In this document: positions 1-14,059 of the stretch, in pieces
Position numbering within the stretch: the first letter of the stretch is position 1
Layout of the letters: each line of letters starts with the position of its first letter
Source: Eledone cirrhosa
Taxonomy: Eukaryota
Assembly: GCA_964016885.1 (NCBI GenBank)
Contig: OZ024744.1
Coordinates: 86,924,001 to 86,988,000 of the forward strand
Direction of reading: 5' to 3'
Length of the DNA stretch: 64,000 nt
Notes under the pieces: model-generated
The model's input: the letters and a program-made list of their open reading frames with translations, nothing else
What the model was told of the DNA's origin: nothing
Database searches by the model: none
Translations under genes and position numbers: made by a program

Positions 1-611
1 TCACTTGACAAGTCACCGATTAGCAGTTGTTCGGGCGTTTGTCTTTAGCTTGGATGACATACGTATATATGTGCGATTGCAGATCGTCCTCGAAAGAACT
101 TTCCATTTGCAGATCAATTGTCACAAGAGGCACAAGGAGGCCCCTGGTATTTTCTTTTAACCCCATACCAACCCTATTCAATTCTATGACCTATGAAATT
201 TCCAGAAGACTTATAGCCGAAGGAAATTACTTTATTAGTGACAACGTTATTTAGTGCTTTCTTTGTTTTACCAAAAATAATGGGAAATTTGATGTGCATT
301 TGCTTATTATTTCAACAAGTCTTATGATTTTGTTGAAGATCCATCATGGTTTTAAAGAAATCTCCATATTTATACATTTCTTTGTACGTGCTTGTATCTC
401 TATGTGCCTCTCTGTGCATGTGTGTTTATAACGTTTCATTTGTGGATATATCTATCTATCAGCTTGCCTCTCCATCTATGTATGTCTATTGGTTTCTTTC
501 CAGCCATTTATTTTTCTCCTTACACTTTTTCTATGTCTATCTCTCTACCTTTCTCTGGTACTTTCTACCTCTCCCTTTCCCTCACACTTGGTCTTCATAA
601 GTATGCATATA

Positions 612-675
<64 letters not shown>

Positions 676-703
676 CCATGTTCGTTCTTCTGTTTCACTG
701 CAG

Positions 704-745
704 AGGTTAACCTAAAGCTGGATAAGTATAACAACAGAGTGGCAG
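704..745 (+). other. Possible 42-nt micro-exon
   Basis: Polypyrimidine tract ending ctgcag at 703, then open phase-1 frame (E)VNLKLDKYNNRVA and donor GCAG|gtgact; no homology recognised. Confidence 0.2.
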
Positions 746-1833
746 GTGACTCCATTACTCCTTATACCACAATGACATTAAGGTAGAATCTTTCTAAAAG
801 TATGTATGAATATGTATGAATATATATCAGTATCTAGTTTTTAACAGTCGTGGCATTGACGTACTAGTTATAATATATTCTTGCGTGTGTATGTGTAGAG
901 TAGAGTATGTGTAGAAGCTGAGAATGCTATAATGGCTATAACGCCGGATGGAATGTTTTGCGATATTCGTCCCGTATCTCTGTATACTAGTTTCAAATCT
1001 AGCCGAGGATAACTTTGTCTTTAATTATATCGAGCTCAGTACATCGAAGTCAATATATTGAGTACCAGTCCAGTACTAGAGTGAATTCTTCCTCTATCTC
1101 TCCTCGCCCACTTTCTCTTTCACTCTCTATCTCTCATACCACTGACATTCCCAATACCCCTCCCTCATCATCCTTCCCTCTTCCCTATACCTCTCTCTGT
1201 AATCTTTCATTCTCTCTTTCTCTCGAAAAAAATGGCTGACAGTTTTAAAGCCCATTTCAGCTGCAAATATGTCCCAATGGAAGTTATCCCTGTGAAGGAC
1301 TGGAACACCGTCCAGTGGAAAGTGTTGTACTTTCTGTCGCTTTCCTCACTTCAAGACGTGATAAGCTCCGGATATGGTCAAACGTGGAAAAACAGGCATA
1401 AAATAATCACTCCAACTCGTCCTCATATCGTGATTTGTCATGGTTGCAGTTGTTGCAAAGAGAATGGCGACAAGAAAAAGAAAAGGATTTGTGATGTATA
1501 TGCTAGGATGTGAAGATATGTGTGGTGTAGGTCGGGTAGGAATGCCGCGTATATTTTTAGGTGTAACTATTTTCCTAGTTGTATAGTGTCTTGATTTGAT
1601 AAATATTGTTATCGGGATGATATTGCAAGAATAAGAGCATGATTCTCGTAATTAACCCCCCCCCCCCTCAACAATAACATTATCACGATTAATATGTGGC
1701 AGCTAATGGATGTGCAACCTTCAGGTAAGTAAATCTAATTATGAGAAATAGTAATGAATATTATCTTGATGATAGGTGAAAATATGAATGATACACACAC
1801 GTGTTTCTATCTCTATGCAACGGCAATATGTTC

Positions 1834-2022
<189 letters not shown>

Positions 2023-2027
<5 letters not shown>

Positions 2028-2510
2028 GGAAGTTTAATAAAATCGAAGCTTCGGCTGTAGCCAAGCTAACGAAATACAATCAGGAATTATGCAGCCAAGC
2101 ACTCCATGAGGAATCTCACAGTAATAACATTCGTTAGACGGCATGTCAAATTGAAAACTGTGGCAGCCAAGCCAAGCCACGACACCGAAGCAACGAAAGA
2201 AACCAACAAGTTAATAAACAAACCTGGACCGTCTCGGAGGCAGATCGTCGTTTCTCTGAAAGGTTTCTATGAATTCAAAATCAACAATCCTACTTGCGCA
2301 AGTATGCAAGTTTTTGGTCTTTGAAGACTGAACTGAGGATTCATGTTATCAACAGGTTTCCGTTCTGTGCCTTGATCCGGTATGGTATGAAGTAACAAGC
2401 CACTGTTGTTAGCAGTGGCTAATGTCTCAACTATCACGTGCTTTTTCCCAACAACGGAAATAACCCTGGGTTTTTGGCGGGCAAATTCAAAATGTGAACA
2501 AGGGAAGCGT
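2023..2510. repeat. Unclassified interspersed repeat between (TA)n tracts
   Basis: First ~190 bp (aaatggaagttt...gcaacgaaagaaacc) recur at 44031-44413, where a SINE interrupts them. Confidence 0.7.
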
Positions 2511-2661
2511 GATATATATATATATATATATATATATTTATTAATTAAGCAAAACAAGACCACAAATTTCACAAGGAAGACATTATTAAAAGATTGTCAA
2601 CATATTTTAGTTTGACGTAAGGAATGTAGAGAATAATAATAATAATATTAATAATAATAAT

Positions 2662-2840
2662 AATTGTTTCTACTTTTGGCACAAGGCCAGCAATTACCCA
2701 GAGCATTACTGGTACTTTATTTTATCGACCCCGTAAGGATGAAAGGCAAAGTTAACCGCGGCGGGATTTGAACTCGGAATGGCAAGGGTCGTAATCTATA
2801 CGTCAAAGCATGGCATCCGACCCTCTATGTCCGTTTACAA
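2662..2840 (-). mobile_element. tRNA-derived SINE (Meta-domain-like), family S1
   Basis: Reverse complement has B-box gagttcaaatccc, core gcctttcatccttacggggtcgataaaataaagtacc and tail gtagaaacaattatt; many copies in window. Confidence 0.88.
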
Positions 2841-3328
2841 TTGTTTCGCTACTCCATATAATATTTCTGGATCAAATGACTATATAGCATTATTGATCTG
2901 GTTCAGTTGAAAATAATTAACATGTTTAAAAACAGAGCGGCTCATCGGAACTTCAAAGGAATATAAATTAAGATAAGGAAAAATGTTACATAATGTAATG
3001 TTCCATATATTGGTTTTTCACTATGGTGTCCTGGGTGTATCAATTGTCAGCCATAATCAAGCAGTATTCATCTGTCGAGGCTGCATTGTGTGAGATCTGC
3101 CTATGGGTAACAAGATGGCCGCCAATGGACATATTTACCCTACTAATTAGAGGGTGGTTTCAGGGGAAGTAACTCCTCGAGAGATTAGAAATTGTGGGTA
3201 GTTTATAGTTAAGTGCTAATTTTTTAATTTTTTAATTGAGAGACAATGTCTGGGAGGTAACTTATAATTATCTAAGTTAGTTATAGCTATTTAACTTATT
3301 AGCTACAAGTAAAAATGGGGCTAGATGA

Positions 3329-4190
3329 CTATGTTGGGTCAAATATTCTGTTGGCGAAGGAATTAGCCCCTCGATGTTGACAGCTAATAGTTACCTCCGT
3401 TCTATCGTTAATCGGTAGAGGTCGTGATAGAGTTATGTAATATGCTTCGGTAATACAGAGATCACAAGATTTTCTTCGTCCATTGAATGGTTGGGCCCTA
3501 GCTAAAATATCCCATGTTAGTGAGTGTTCAATGTTGGTTAATTTAAGTTTTTTAATGAGCCTAGCTAGAGATGTCGAACATCTGTTGTTAGGGTCTCGGA
3601 AGGAAAAAGAGTGCGCGTTATAGCGTAGCTTAAAAGGGTAAGAGGTAGACCCGATATAGGAGCTGGTATTCGAAGTAGTTTTAACCGTGCACCTATAGAC
3701 TATGTTGGGTGTCAGGCAGTGTCCATTTAGTGGGCATGCATTAGGGTAACGGCAGTTGCAGTTGCTTCTGCGGTTAGTGAGAGTAGGGTAGTTTAACTTA
3801 AGCGGTTGGTCAGTGTTAGAAGGATTAGATGGGGGAGGTGTGCTATTAGAGTAAGTATTGGTGTAGTGGCGTGGTGTATTTGATAGGGGTGGTGGTACCG
3901 CGGTGTGGGAGTTATACTGTCTTAGTTTATGATGGTTACTGAATGCGATGTGGCTAGCTAGGTTAGGTGTTGTGGAGAATGAGATTTTAATGTTATTTTT
4001 ATTAAAGAATTTGTAATATATGTGGTTGGGGGGAGGGGGGTATGTTTAGATAGGATAGAGAAGAAGCGTTTAGGGATATTAGTGGCTAGATTAGATGAGA
4101 ATGGGGGGTTATGCCAGGTGATATTTCTAGGCCTATTCCTTCTAGGAGGAATATGCCTAGAAATATCCTTGTGACAGTTATTGACACCTA
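3329..4190 (-). pseudogene. 5'-truncated Penelope-like element (Naiad-like): RT C-terminus plus GIY-YIG endonuclease
   Basis: ITWHNPPFS, frameshift in a G-run near 4030, then hand-translated CNCRYPNACPLNGHCLTPNIVYRC...YIGST...FKLRY..H...CDLCITE...CQH, stop at 3329. Confidence 0.88.
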
Positions 4191-4209
4191 GTGCTGGGCC
4201 CATGGTACC

Positions 4210-4272
4210 GTGTGACCCAAGGTGTCGTGTGAGATCACTACTCGACCTGCATACCATTCCACAATCATTACA
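4210..4272 (-). other. Single C2H2 zinc-finger-like coding fragment
   Basis: CNDCGMVCRSSSDLTRHLGSH fits Cx2Cx12Hx3H; in frame with the PLE fragment (ORF 3958-4350). Confidence 0.55.
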
Positions 4273-4352
4273 TGTCGTCCTCTGATGAACACTTATAGTT
4301 CCACATGTATAATGTATATCTAATATACATACATATGTATATACATACATAA

Positions 4353-4420
<68 letters not shown>

Positions 4421-4496
4421 TTATGTATTTATGTATTTATGTATGTATATATGTATGTATATTAGATATATATACATATATATATATATATTTATC

Positions 4497-4554
<58 letters not shown>

Positions 4555-5326
4555 GATAAATCTACCAAAATAAACGGTAGTATCCAATCCGTATGAAGAA
4601 CTCAATGTAATCCAAATATAGAAGATATTATGAAAAGAGAAAGTGCATTCAAAACTTAACGATAAAAATCATAGGTAAACAGAGTCAAGATAAATTAATA
4701 AAAACAATGAAATAAAAACAAAGAATAGGTTCCTTATATTGAAAAAGAATCATCATTTTACGATCGTTATCATTTCTGAAGATGGCATATATAAGTGAAT
4801 GTATGTATACTTCTGATAATTTGTAATATTTGTTTACATAGATCTTTAATATGATATATATACCAACACACACATATATATTCCAGAAACGATCGTAAAA
4901 TGATGATTTTTTTTTCAAAATAAGGAACCTGTTCTTTGTTTCTATTTCATTGTTTTTTATTAATTTATATATATATATATATATCACAAAAAGGAAACAC
5001 AGAAAAATATTTCGTTTCTTATATTATATTCACTGTTGTCGAAATTTATTGATTGAATATGCACGACATCTAATATCTACAATGCAGATGATTCTAAGTG
5101 GTTTCAAATAATGCATCCTTAACATTTCAGCGCACTAATCATTTATCAAAACCCTGACTTATCAAGCAACGATAACAGCCGATTAAGTAACTAAAGTGGC
5201 TCTTGAATCTTCAACCCTTATTTAACTGGAGTGACGACAAGAAAATGTCTTAATCTTGGTTTCTAGCCGTTTGCGCTCTGATGTAAGTGGATTGGTAAAG
5301 GCATTTAAAATTGATTGGGGCTGGCG

Positions 5327-5365
<39 letters not shown>

Positions 5366-5448
5366 ATGAATGTGTGCGTGTGTGTGTGTATGTATGTGCT
5401 TATGAATGTGACCGTGAGTGTATGAGTATGTGTATGCGTGCATGTGTT

Positions 5449-5525
<77 letters not shown>

Positions 5526-5786
5526 CAAAATTGAAGACGATCAGCTGACTACTAACTACCATTCTCTGCCTGTGTTTCTGTGAATGTGAGAATATGTGTA
5601 AACGTACTGGGCAGGGTGAGGGTGGGTGTAGAGATATAGGAAAAAGAAACGTAGAGAGAAGGGGTGAGCAAGAAAGAGAAAGAGAGAGATAGAGAGAGAG
5701 AAGGGGTGAGAGAGTAAGAGAAAGAGAGAGGCTATGCAACCGTATGCGTGTAATTTCATGTGTATGCAGTCACTGATTTATGTATG

Positions 5787-5822
<36 letters not shown>

Positions 5823-5917
5823 TATTTCAGGTTTTACGAAGCTGCCCAGGCTTGAGATCGGTGTGGAAGTCGGACCCTCGTAAAGACTGAAATATATATA
5901 TATATATATATATATAT

Positions 5918-6466
5918 ATTTCAGGCTTTGCTCTTCCTCTCAACCACATCATCTTCCGTATTCCCAATGTTTGCTCCCAAATAGAGGAAGTCCTCAACCA
6001 ATTCTAGCGGCTTCCAGCCTACATTAGGGATCCCCTCTGGCTTCTCAACATTCTCTACCTCAAAATCCGCCTCTTCATTGCTGTAGTGGAGTCTGTGCTG
6101 CTGTACGGGTCTGAGACTTGGACACTGACCGAGAAACTCACTCAGATGGTGGATGGGTGCTACACGAGAATGCTGAGGATGAAAAAGTCAGCGCTGTATG
6201 GGAGCCTCCCAAAGGTCAGCTCAAAAGTGACACAGATGAGACTGAGGTTAGCTGCACATGCTCACCGATATCCAGAGATGACATTGTACTCAGTGCTCTT
6301 GTTGGAGCCCCTACATAGACACACTGGAAGAGAAAGACCAAGGTTAACGTATGTTGATACCCTAAGGACAGACACTGATCTGTTGGAGACGCAGGACATG
6401 GCAGCGATAATGAGGGACAGAGAGCGCTGGAGAGAACTCATCCATGGATCTCGGGAATTTTACCCG

Positions 6467-6470
<4 letters not shown>
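5918..6470 (+). mobile_element. RTE-type LINE 3' fragment with inverted 5' segment
   Basis: 6051-6470 encodes KIRLF..VESVLLYGSETWTLT...RPRLTYVD...RERWR; 5918-6050 encodes LELVEDFLYLG...RKSKA on the minus strand; (TA)n on both sides. Confidence 0.85.
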
Positions 6471-6517
<47 letters not shown>

Positions 6518-6866
6518 ATTATTTGTTTATATTATTTTATATTATTTGTATTATATTTTTTTTTTAATTTTAATTATCTCTTTGATGGGAAAAAAATATG
6601 CAACATTTTCCTTGTTTGTTCTATATGATTTTAATATGAAATAATTTTTTTCAGAAACCAGAAAAAGATGGATGGAAGAAATATAAATGAAAAGCTAGAA
6701 TATTAAAATAAAGAAAAGGAAAATTAAGGAAGCAAATTATACGATACATGAGAGTAAACAATATTAGTTCCAGGTAATAAAATACATCGAAAAAGACATC
6801 AGAAAAGAAAGAATATATATATATATATATATATACACACAAACAGACACACACACATATGTATAT

Positions 6867-6965
<99 letters not shown>

Positions 6966-7015
6966 TTATATATATATATATATATATATAAGAATATGCA
7001 TATATATATACATAC

Positions 7016-7095
<80 letters not shown>

Positions 7096-7102
7096 CATAT
7101 AT

Positions 7103-7151
<49 letters not shown>

Positions 7152-7234
7152 CAGAGAAGGTGTGTGAAGGAAAGAAAGTGGGAGTGAGGGGAAAAGATGT
7201 TAAGAAAGGTATGAGTATATGTAACAAAATTGAA

Positions 7235-7295
<61 letters not shown>

Positions 7296-8049
7296 GAAAT
7301 GAACACAAATGAAAGAAAACCAGAGAGAATAATTGGAAGGACGTAAGACGGAGCAAAAAAAAATTCTTTAAAGGCAAAGAGGGAAAAAATAACAAAAGAG
7401 AAAAAGAGCCGGCAATAGGGGTGTAAGATATTTTCAAAATCTTTACTACTAAAAGGGGGCAGACATACTTGTCAAAAAGATCAGGGTGGTTCCCTTTTAA
7501 ACGTTGTTCTTTTTAGTTTTAATAGGATTAATATTCCCCCATATAGCTAAAACAAAAGAAGGGATGTAACGGATAAAATGTGTTGATGGGTGGTAAGAAG
7601 ACTGGAATTGTGGGTAGAGTCCGGAGGAAAGTATAAACTATAATGGAGGATAAAGAAAGCACTATTTTTTTCTATTTGTAAAATTACAGTGACGATATCA
7701 ACAATGATAATTTCATACATACTCTCACACACACACACACACACACACACAGACCCCCACCCATGCACACACAAACACACACACGCGCGCACGCACACAC
7801 ACATACACACATGCAGACACACACACACACGCGCACACACATACATACACACACACATACAGTCCCCACACATGCACACACAGACAGGCACACACGCACA
7901 CACACACATACACACATACATACACACACAGGCCCCAAACATGCACAAATGCACATATACACACATACGAACTCATACACACACACACACATGTACGTAT
8001 GTTATCTCTATTTGGAATGGACAGAAATTAATTAACTTACTATAGCTTA

Positions 8050-8240
8050 TAGGTGGATTAGCAGTATCGGTAGAGGGTCAGACACCATGCTTTCCAGCAT
8101 AGTTACGTCCCTTAATGATCTGAGTTCAAATCCTGCCGAGGTTAACTTTGTCTTTCATCCATACGGGGTCGTTAGAATAAAGTACCAGTAATACACTGGA
8201 ATAATTGCCGGCCTTGTGCCAAAAAGTAGAAACAATTATT
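8050..8240 (+). mobile_element. SINE family S1
   Basis: A-box-like tagcagtatcggtag, B-box, shared core and tail. Confidence 0.88.
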
Positions 8241-8334
8241 AAAGTGTGAATAGCAAGGAAACCATAATGTTATTAAAGTGTATTATAAAAGTAATAAGTT
8301 GACAATTCATGTAAGTTTATATATGGTTACCTTA

Positions 8335-8575
8335 AATGTTCGAATTGGACCCATTTCCAAACACGCCACTGTTATTTCTTTGTAATCAGTAGGCTAATTA
8401 CAGACTCCAATTCCAACCCGCTCGTCCCTACAATCTATCTTATTTCTAATTCTTTCTTTTGGTGAAGGACTAGCGACCGAAACGTTAAGACCCTCTTCCT
8501 GCTATATGAAACGTTAACCTAATATATCCCTTCCATATACGGTACCGATTGTGTTGTTATTTCTGTTTACCTTTT
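8335..8575 (+). mobile_element. PLE pLTR-like repeat with decayed hammerhead
   Basis: Homologous to 49641-49825; core decayed to ttggtga, with gaaacgttaaga retained near 8479-8490. Confidence 0.65.
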
Positions 8576-8599
8576 ACACACACATACACACACGCACGC

Positions 8600-8636
<37 letters not shown>

Positions 8637-8652
8637 AACACACACACACATA

Positions 8653-8717
<65 letters not shown>

Positions 8718-8722
<5 letters not shown>

Positions 8723-8923
8723 AAAATGTTTTACCCCGACAGCAGATCTGAAGCTGTTTCGACGGCTATTTCTGGACTGAAATAGTCCAGAAATAGCCGT
8801 CGAAACGGCTTGAGTTCTGGCGTCGGGTTTAAACATTTTCCTATTTACCCACTCTACTACCCTAAGTATTGAGTACTCTGGTACGTTATGGTGAATCTGG
8901 CTCCTTACCACACTTCCGTCGTT
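8718..8923 (+). mobile_element. Hairpin-plus-tail element, family B, copy 1
   Basis: Inverted repeat 8718-8844 plus ~80-bp tail; (TA)n flanks; homologous to copies at 9220, 25711, 29343. Confidence 0.85.
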
Positions 8924-8947
8924 ATATATATATATACATATATATAC

Positions 8948-8998
<51 letters not shown>

Positions 8999-9021
8999 TA
9001 TATTTATTTATATATATATAT

Positions 9022-9117
<96 letters not shown>

Positions 9118-9219
9118 GTATACATACTTATATAGATAAAACTATCCACGACACAGAGTATTCACAACCTCTAACTGGATTACCTATAACGATAACTGTT
9201 ATCCCATATATATATATAT

Positions 9220-9415
9220 AACGAAGGAGCTGTGGTAAGAAACCAGATGGACCATAACGTGCCAGAGTACTCAATAATTAGGGTAGTAGAATGGGTAATA
9301 GGAAAATGTTTGACCCCCGACAGCAGAGCTCAAGCCGTTTCGACGGCTATTTGGAGACTAGAAATAGCCGTCGAAACGGCTTGAGCTCTGCCGTCGGGAT
9401 CAAACAGTTTCCTAT
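9220..9415 (-). mobile_element. Hairpin-plus-tail element, family B, copy 2
   Basis: Tail, then inverted repeat 9298-9415 with a small central deletion; (TA)n flanks. Confidence 0.85.
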
Positions 9416-9845
9416 ATATATATATATATATATATATAATAATGAACAGCTCGATTTGTCATGCCTTCATTACGTTTATTGAGTAGTGATGCGTGTTTCG
9501 CTATTTTTCAGCTCAAGATTCTATCTGTATTGATCTAGCCCGACTCTGGAATCAAAAGCTAGTCGGCCCTCTGTTAAGAACCTACAGTAACTGGGCATTA
9601 CGATCCGTATATTTATATATATCAATTTAACTTTAGTGGTTTACCACTGGAAAGAGCTGGTCATTCCGTGTAGTTAACTATGATAAGCACTCAAAAGCAC
9701 CCTGAAAAGCTCTCAACGTGGCGCAACTCATCCATTTATGATGTTGAATCATGTTGATGGTGCGCGAATGGAGTTAATTATTACTTTGATTAAAATAAGA
9801 GGAGGCCGGACTGGTAAAATTTCCTTAAAGTTCCATCGTTGCAAA

Positions 9846-9904
9846 ACACTATATATATTTTAATTGCCATTGTTACGTAAAATCCTGGTGACATCATCAG
9901 GTAC
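9846..9904 (-). ncRNA. Degenerate hammerhead-like motif
   Basis: Minus strand: gtac CTGATGA tgtcac...aaaa tatata TA gtgt; GAAA decayed to AAAA; resembles the 18682 motif. Confidence 0.3.
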
Positions 9905-10229
9905 GTATTGCATAATTAGTTACTCACTAAAATAATTACGACAAAACCAAACCCAGAAAATATAAGCAAAGAAAATAGAGAAAATATTCTATTCGGTGAT
10001 GGCCATGGAGTAGTCGTTATCGTTGCTATAGACCATCTCCGATTGTGTGGGTAATGGTATTTATGTATCAAATAAAGCCGGGCTATCGATTCTTTTTTTT
10101 TTTTTGTTTACTAGTCTGCTCATAACAGTTACAACTCTAGCTTATTTACAGCAGTTATGCAATATTTGCAAACATATATACGTGATATAAACGTCGTCAG
10201 GGAGTGTTTGTCTTCCTGCAACGGAAGGG

Positions 10230-11790
10230 ATTGTCGAAATGACTCATACAAGTGCATCCATACCATTACTAAATGTAGCAATTTTCAGAGTTGTTGCAAC
10301 ACGTAACTTCATGAAGAAGAAATCAGTCTAAAACTGACCGAGTGGCGGGAAATTCATAAAACTGAACACAGGTCAAAGTTCTCAACCAAGCTAATTAAAC
10401 CAAGAACAAAGACAGGACTGCGAAAGAAATATAATCTAACTAACATAAGAATAATGGTCTCTTATATAAGCACAAGGCCAGTAATTTGGGGAGATGGTAA
10501 AGTAGTTTAAATCGACCCCAGTGCATGACTGGTACTTCATTTTATCGACCCCCATAAGGATGAAAGGCAAAGTTAACCTCGGCGGGATTTGAGCTCAGAT
10601 TATAAAGAGCCGTAACTCTATGCTGCAAAGCATGGCGTCCGACCCTCTACCGATACTGCCAATCCAACTAACTTAAGAATAATAAAAACGAAACGTTCAA
10701 ATTACATTCAAAAGTAAATGCACCTCCTTGGAGAGGAAATATATATTAGTTTACGAAGTTAGCCAAAGAGAATCCTACAGCTTCGCCCGTCACTTGCTCA
10801 CTCAATAATATAAGATTTGTACGTTAGAAATACAATCCTATAACCCAGAATGTACACAATTTCATTATTAGTATGTCGACAGCACCATATACAAAAAAAA
10901 AAACAAAAAAAAAACATATATTAGTTGTGTTAATGCATCGATCGATTTATCTATTAAGTCTTTTGCCATATTCCCGGCACTATTACGCATGCTTTGATTT
11001 ATAATTATTGTACACAAGTTGAGGACTAAATATTTATTTCTCTGTCGTAATGTGAATACGATATTGAAAAGATCAGTTACCCTTCTTAGCAAGCAAATAC
11101 TTAGCTAGAGTGACAGCGAATTTGTGACATGCCCATGTATGCGAAAAGCCCTATTTTTTTCTTTTACAATAATTTCAGAGCTAATGATACCCACTAGTAT
11201 ATATCTATATATCCAAGTTCATATAGCAAAGGAAGGGAAAATAATGACAGCCGAGGAACAGATTAAATTCAATTTATCTTACATCAGTTTCCTAAAAGCC
11301 ATTTTATACAGATTTATAGTCCTCGATGACATACACATTCTAATCCTAAGATGATCCTATCCGTTCAATTCCTCGGTAGAAATATGCACTCTCTTTCCCC
11401 AATATGCAACAAAATAAACGCCTCATTCCCAATCAAATACAACCTTATTTTAAAAGACACCACACTCACTCTTTATGCTCCCTCCCCCTCTCTCTGTTTT
11501 TCAATCTCAATCACTCTATTACTTTCAAATAAGCACACACACACATATACACATATAAAGACAGATTGAAAATCAGTGCCGAACATGCAGCATTACAGAA
11601 ATATATCGACAACTGCTGTGAAGATCTTACACACGTATGCTTAGAATTTCTGTAATGAATCAAAATACAGACGACATACGTTAGGTTTTCATGCAAGAGA
11701 ATAACTTCTCGTCTATTTAATCTCCCATTTAACCTTAAAAGCATTTGATCAAGTTGTGGATAAGAGTGCATAAAGGAGAAGGGAGCTGAA
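10230..11790 (-). pseudogene. Possible ancient Tc1/IS630-like transposase remnants, interrupted
   Basis: LDQMLLRLNGRLNRR...ENL near 11700 resembles the SDEAxFxLNGxVNR...ENP motif; decayed PxRSxDL...DFF-like segment near 10310-10360. Confidence 0.25.
10455..10667 (-). mobile_element. SINE family S1 (longer variant)
   Basis: Same head and core, with extra ggggtcgattt segment; similar to 54618-54835. Confidence 0.85.
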
Positions 11791-13342
11791 CTCGATCCGA
11801 TTCACTAAATACGCCGGTAGTCTCTATCTCATCAACATATTTGAACTAATTTTTTTTTTTTTTCCATTTCGTTAATTCACACACACACATACATACATTC
11901 ATAAGTACATACATAAGTATATACATACATAGATAGATACATTCATAGATACATACGTTCATAAGTACATACATAAGTATATACATACATAGATACATTC
12001 ATAGATGCATACATTCATAAATACATACATACACACACGCGCACGCACACACGCACACACCAACACACATTTTGTGTATGTCCATGCAAGTGTACCTGTG
12101 TATGTCTCTCTGAGTGAATATGTATGTGTGAATGTGTGTATCTGACTTCCAGCCTGTCTGCGTACCTATGTGTATGAATAATCCGATCTCTCATATATAA
12201 TGTATATTAAGAATACAAGTCTACAAAGTATGATGCCAGCTAAAATTCAAAACAAAGAAGAGGAGACAAAAGTGTTAGAGTCATCGAATAAAGACAGGAA
12301 GAAAGTAAGAAATGAAGAAAGAAAAGTATGACAGAAAAATACATAAAAGAAGAAATAAGAATAGAAATGAAAATGAAAACAAAAGCAAAAACAACAACAA
12401 CAAAACAACAACAAAAATAGTAAAAGGAGACCCAGTGAAAGGAAGAAAGACAAACGGCTAAAGAAATAAATACTGAAAAGGCAGAAGACCAAAACGATAG
12501 TCTCCAAAGGCCAATAAAATATTTCTGAATAAAATTGCAGGGTTAAAAATATTTGCATTTTTTTCTTCTATTATTAAATATACTTTACTATTTCATTCTG
12601 AAAATAATCCATTTTTTATTTGTCAGTCGGGATATATAATATGTCCGAAGACTTTAAGAATCCCTCAAGAATACAAAGATGAAATCATGAAATTAATAAT
12701 GGTTTCTTAGACCAATTTTTTTTTTCATTGTATTGGCTGACTCCAGTGTATATTTTATCTCCCCCAGAGGGAGAAAGCAAATAAACAATCTGTGTGATTT
12801 GAACCGTCGTTTATAACAACTTAATTCCTGTATGTGATATTGTATAACTGAGCTGCATATAGCAAGTTCCTAGAAAGGGCTTCCAATAACACTTGATATC
12901 TTTTACTACGTCTGTTCTGCGAATATCTTCAGAAAATACATCAAAAGATCTCGTTGTAGCCATTATGATGTTTTTAGATTATATATATATATATATATAC
13001 GCTCCACATACACACGCATGTATACATATGTCTACATAAATATACACATGTTTACATATATATAAATATACATATATATAAATATACATATATATATATA
13101 TAATATATTTATAAACACACAGATACATGCGGACACACACATATATACATGAATGCATCCGCACCCAACTGTGAGTTAAGGGTGCCAACTTCACCGATGT
13201 TGCTCAATGAATGACTGGGACAGACCAATTCAGTTTGAACCAGACTGAACCAGTATCAGAGTTAAAAATACATTATGAAGAGAGAAGAAACATTTAGATA
13301 TAATTAGTAATAAAATGTATCATACCTAAACTGCTCCTAAAT

Positions 13343-13430
13343 TCCTCGACTACGTAGTTTCGTGGCATAAACAAAAACAATATATCAAAGATATAGAGTC
13401 CCTGCGAGGTCTGCCGACTTATCAAGAGGA
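13343..13430 (-). ncRNA. Type I hammerhead ribozyme, U3-A8 variant
   Basis: Reverse complement of 13972-14059. Confidence 0.75.
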
Positions 13431-13971
13431 TACCTCATTTTACTAGTCTCAAGAACGCGTCTACACGACGTGAGAAAGAATCCCAAAAGGCGGAGGGGGA
13501 GATAGTCACGCGATATAACGGTCGAGAAACAGAGCTAAGTCTCTTATAACCACGAAGAAAATACCACGGAGGCGGAGGGGGTATTCATATCGAGGCCGTA
13601 GAAGAGGTAGTGAAGAAGGCGAGAAGTATGAGTAATGGAAGCTTTCCAGTTGTCCCCACACTTCAAAGATTGCTCGACCAGAGGGAGTTATTAATATATT
13701 TATAAACACACAGATACATGCGGACACACACATATATACATGAATGCATCCGCACCCAACCGCATGTATCTGTGTGTTTATAAATATATCACTACCTCTT
13801 CTACGGCCTCGATATGAATACCCCCTCCGCCTCCGTGGTATTTTCTTCGTGGTTATAAGAGGCTTAGCTCTGTTTCTCGACCGTTATATCGCGTGACTAT
13901 CTCCCGCTCCGCCTTTTGGGATTCTTTCTCACGTCGTGTAGACGCGTTCTTGAGACTAGTAAAATGAGGTA

Positions 13972-14059
13972 TCCTCTTGATAAGTCGGCAGACCTCGCAG
14001 GGACTCTATATCTTTGATATATTGTTTTTGTTTATGCCACGAAACTACGTAGTCGAGGA
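13972..14059 (+). ncRNA. Type I hammerhead ribozyme, U3-A8 variant
   Basis: tcctc TTGATAA gtcggca...tgccac GAAA ctacgtag TC gagga: stem I tcctc/gagga, palindromic stem III actacgtagt, predicted cleavage after 14054. Confidence 0.78.

Noticed and set aside
1232-1513. 93-aa ORF with a good start context
   Set aside because: No recognisable domain or supporting gene structure
2327-2470. CTGAGGA as a hammerhead core
   Set aside because: No matching stem II, GAAA and stem I could be built
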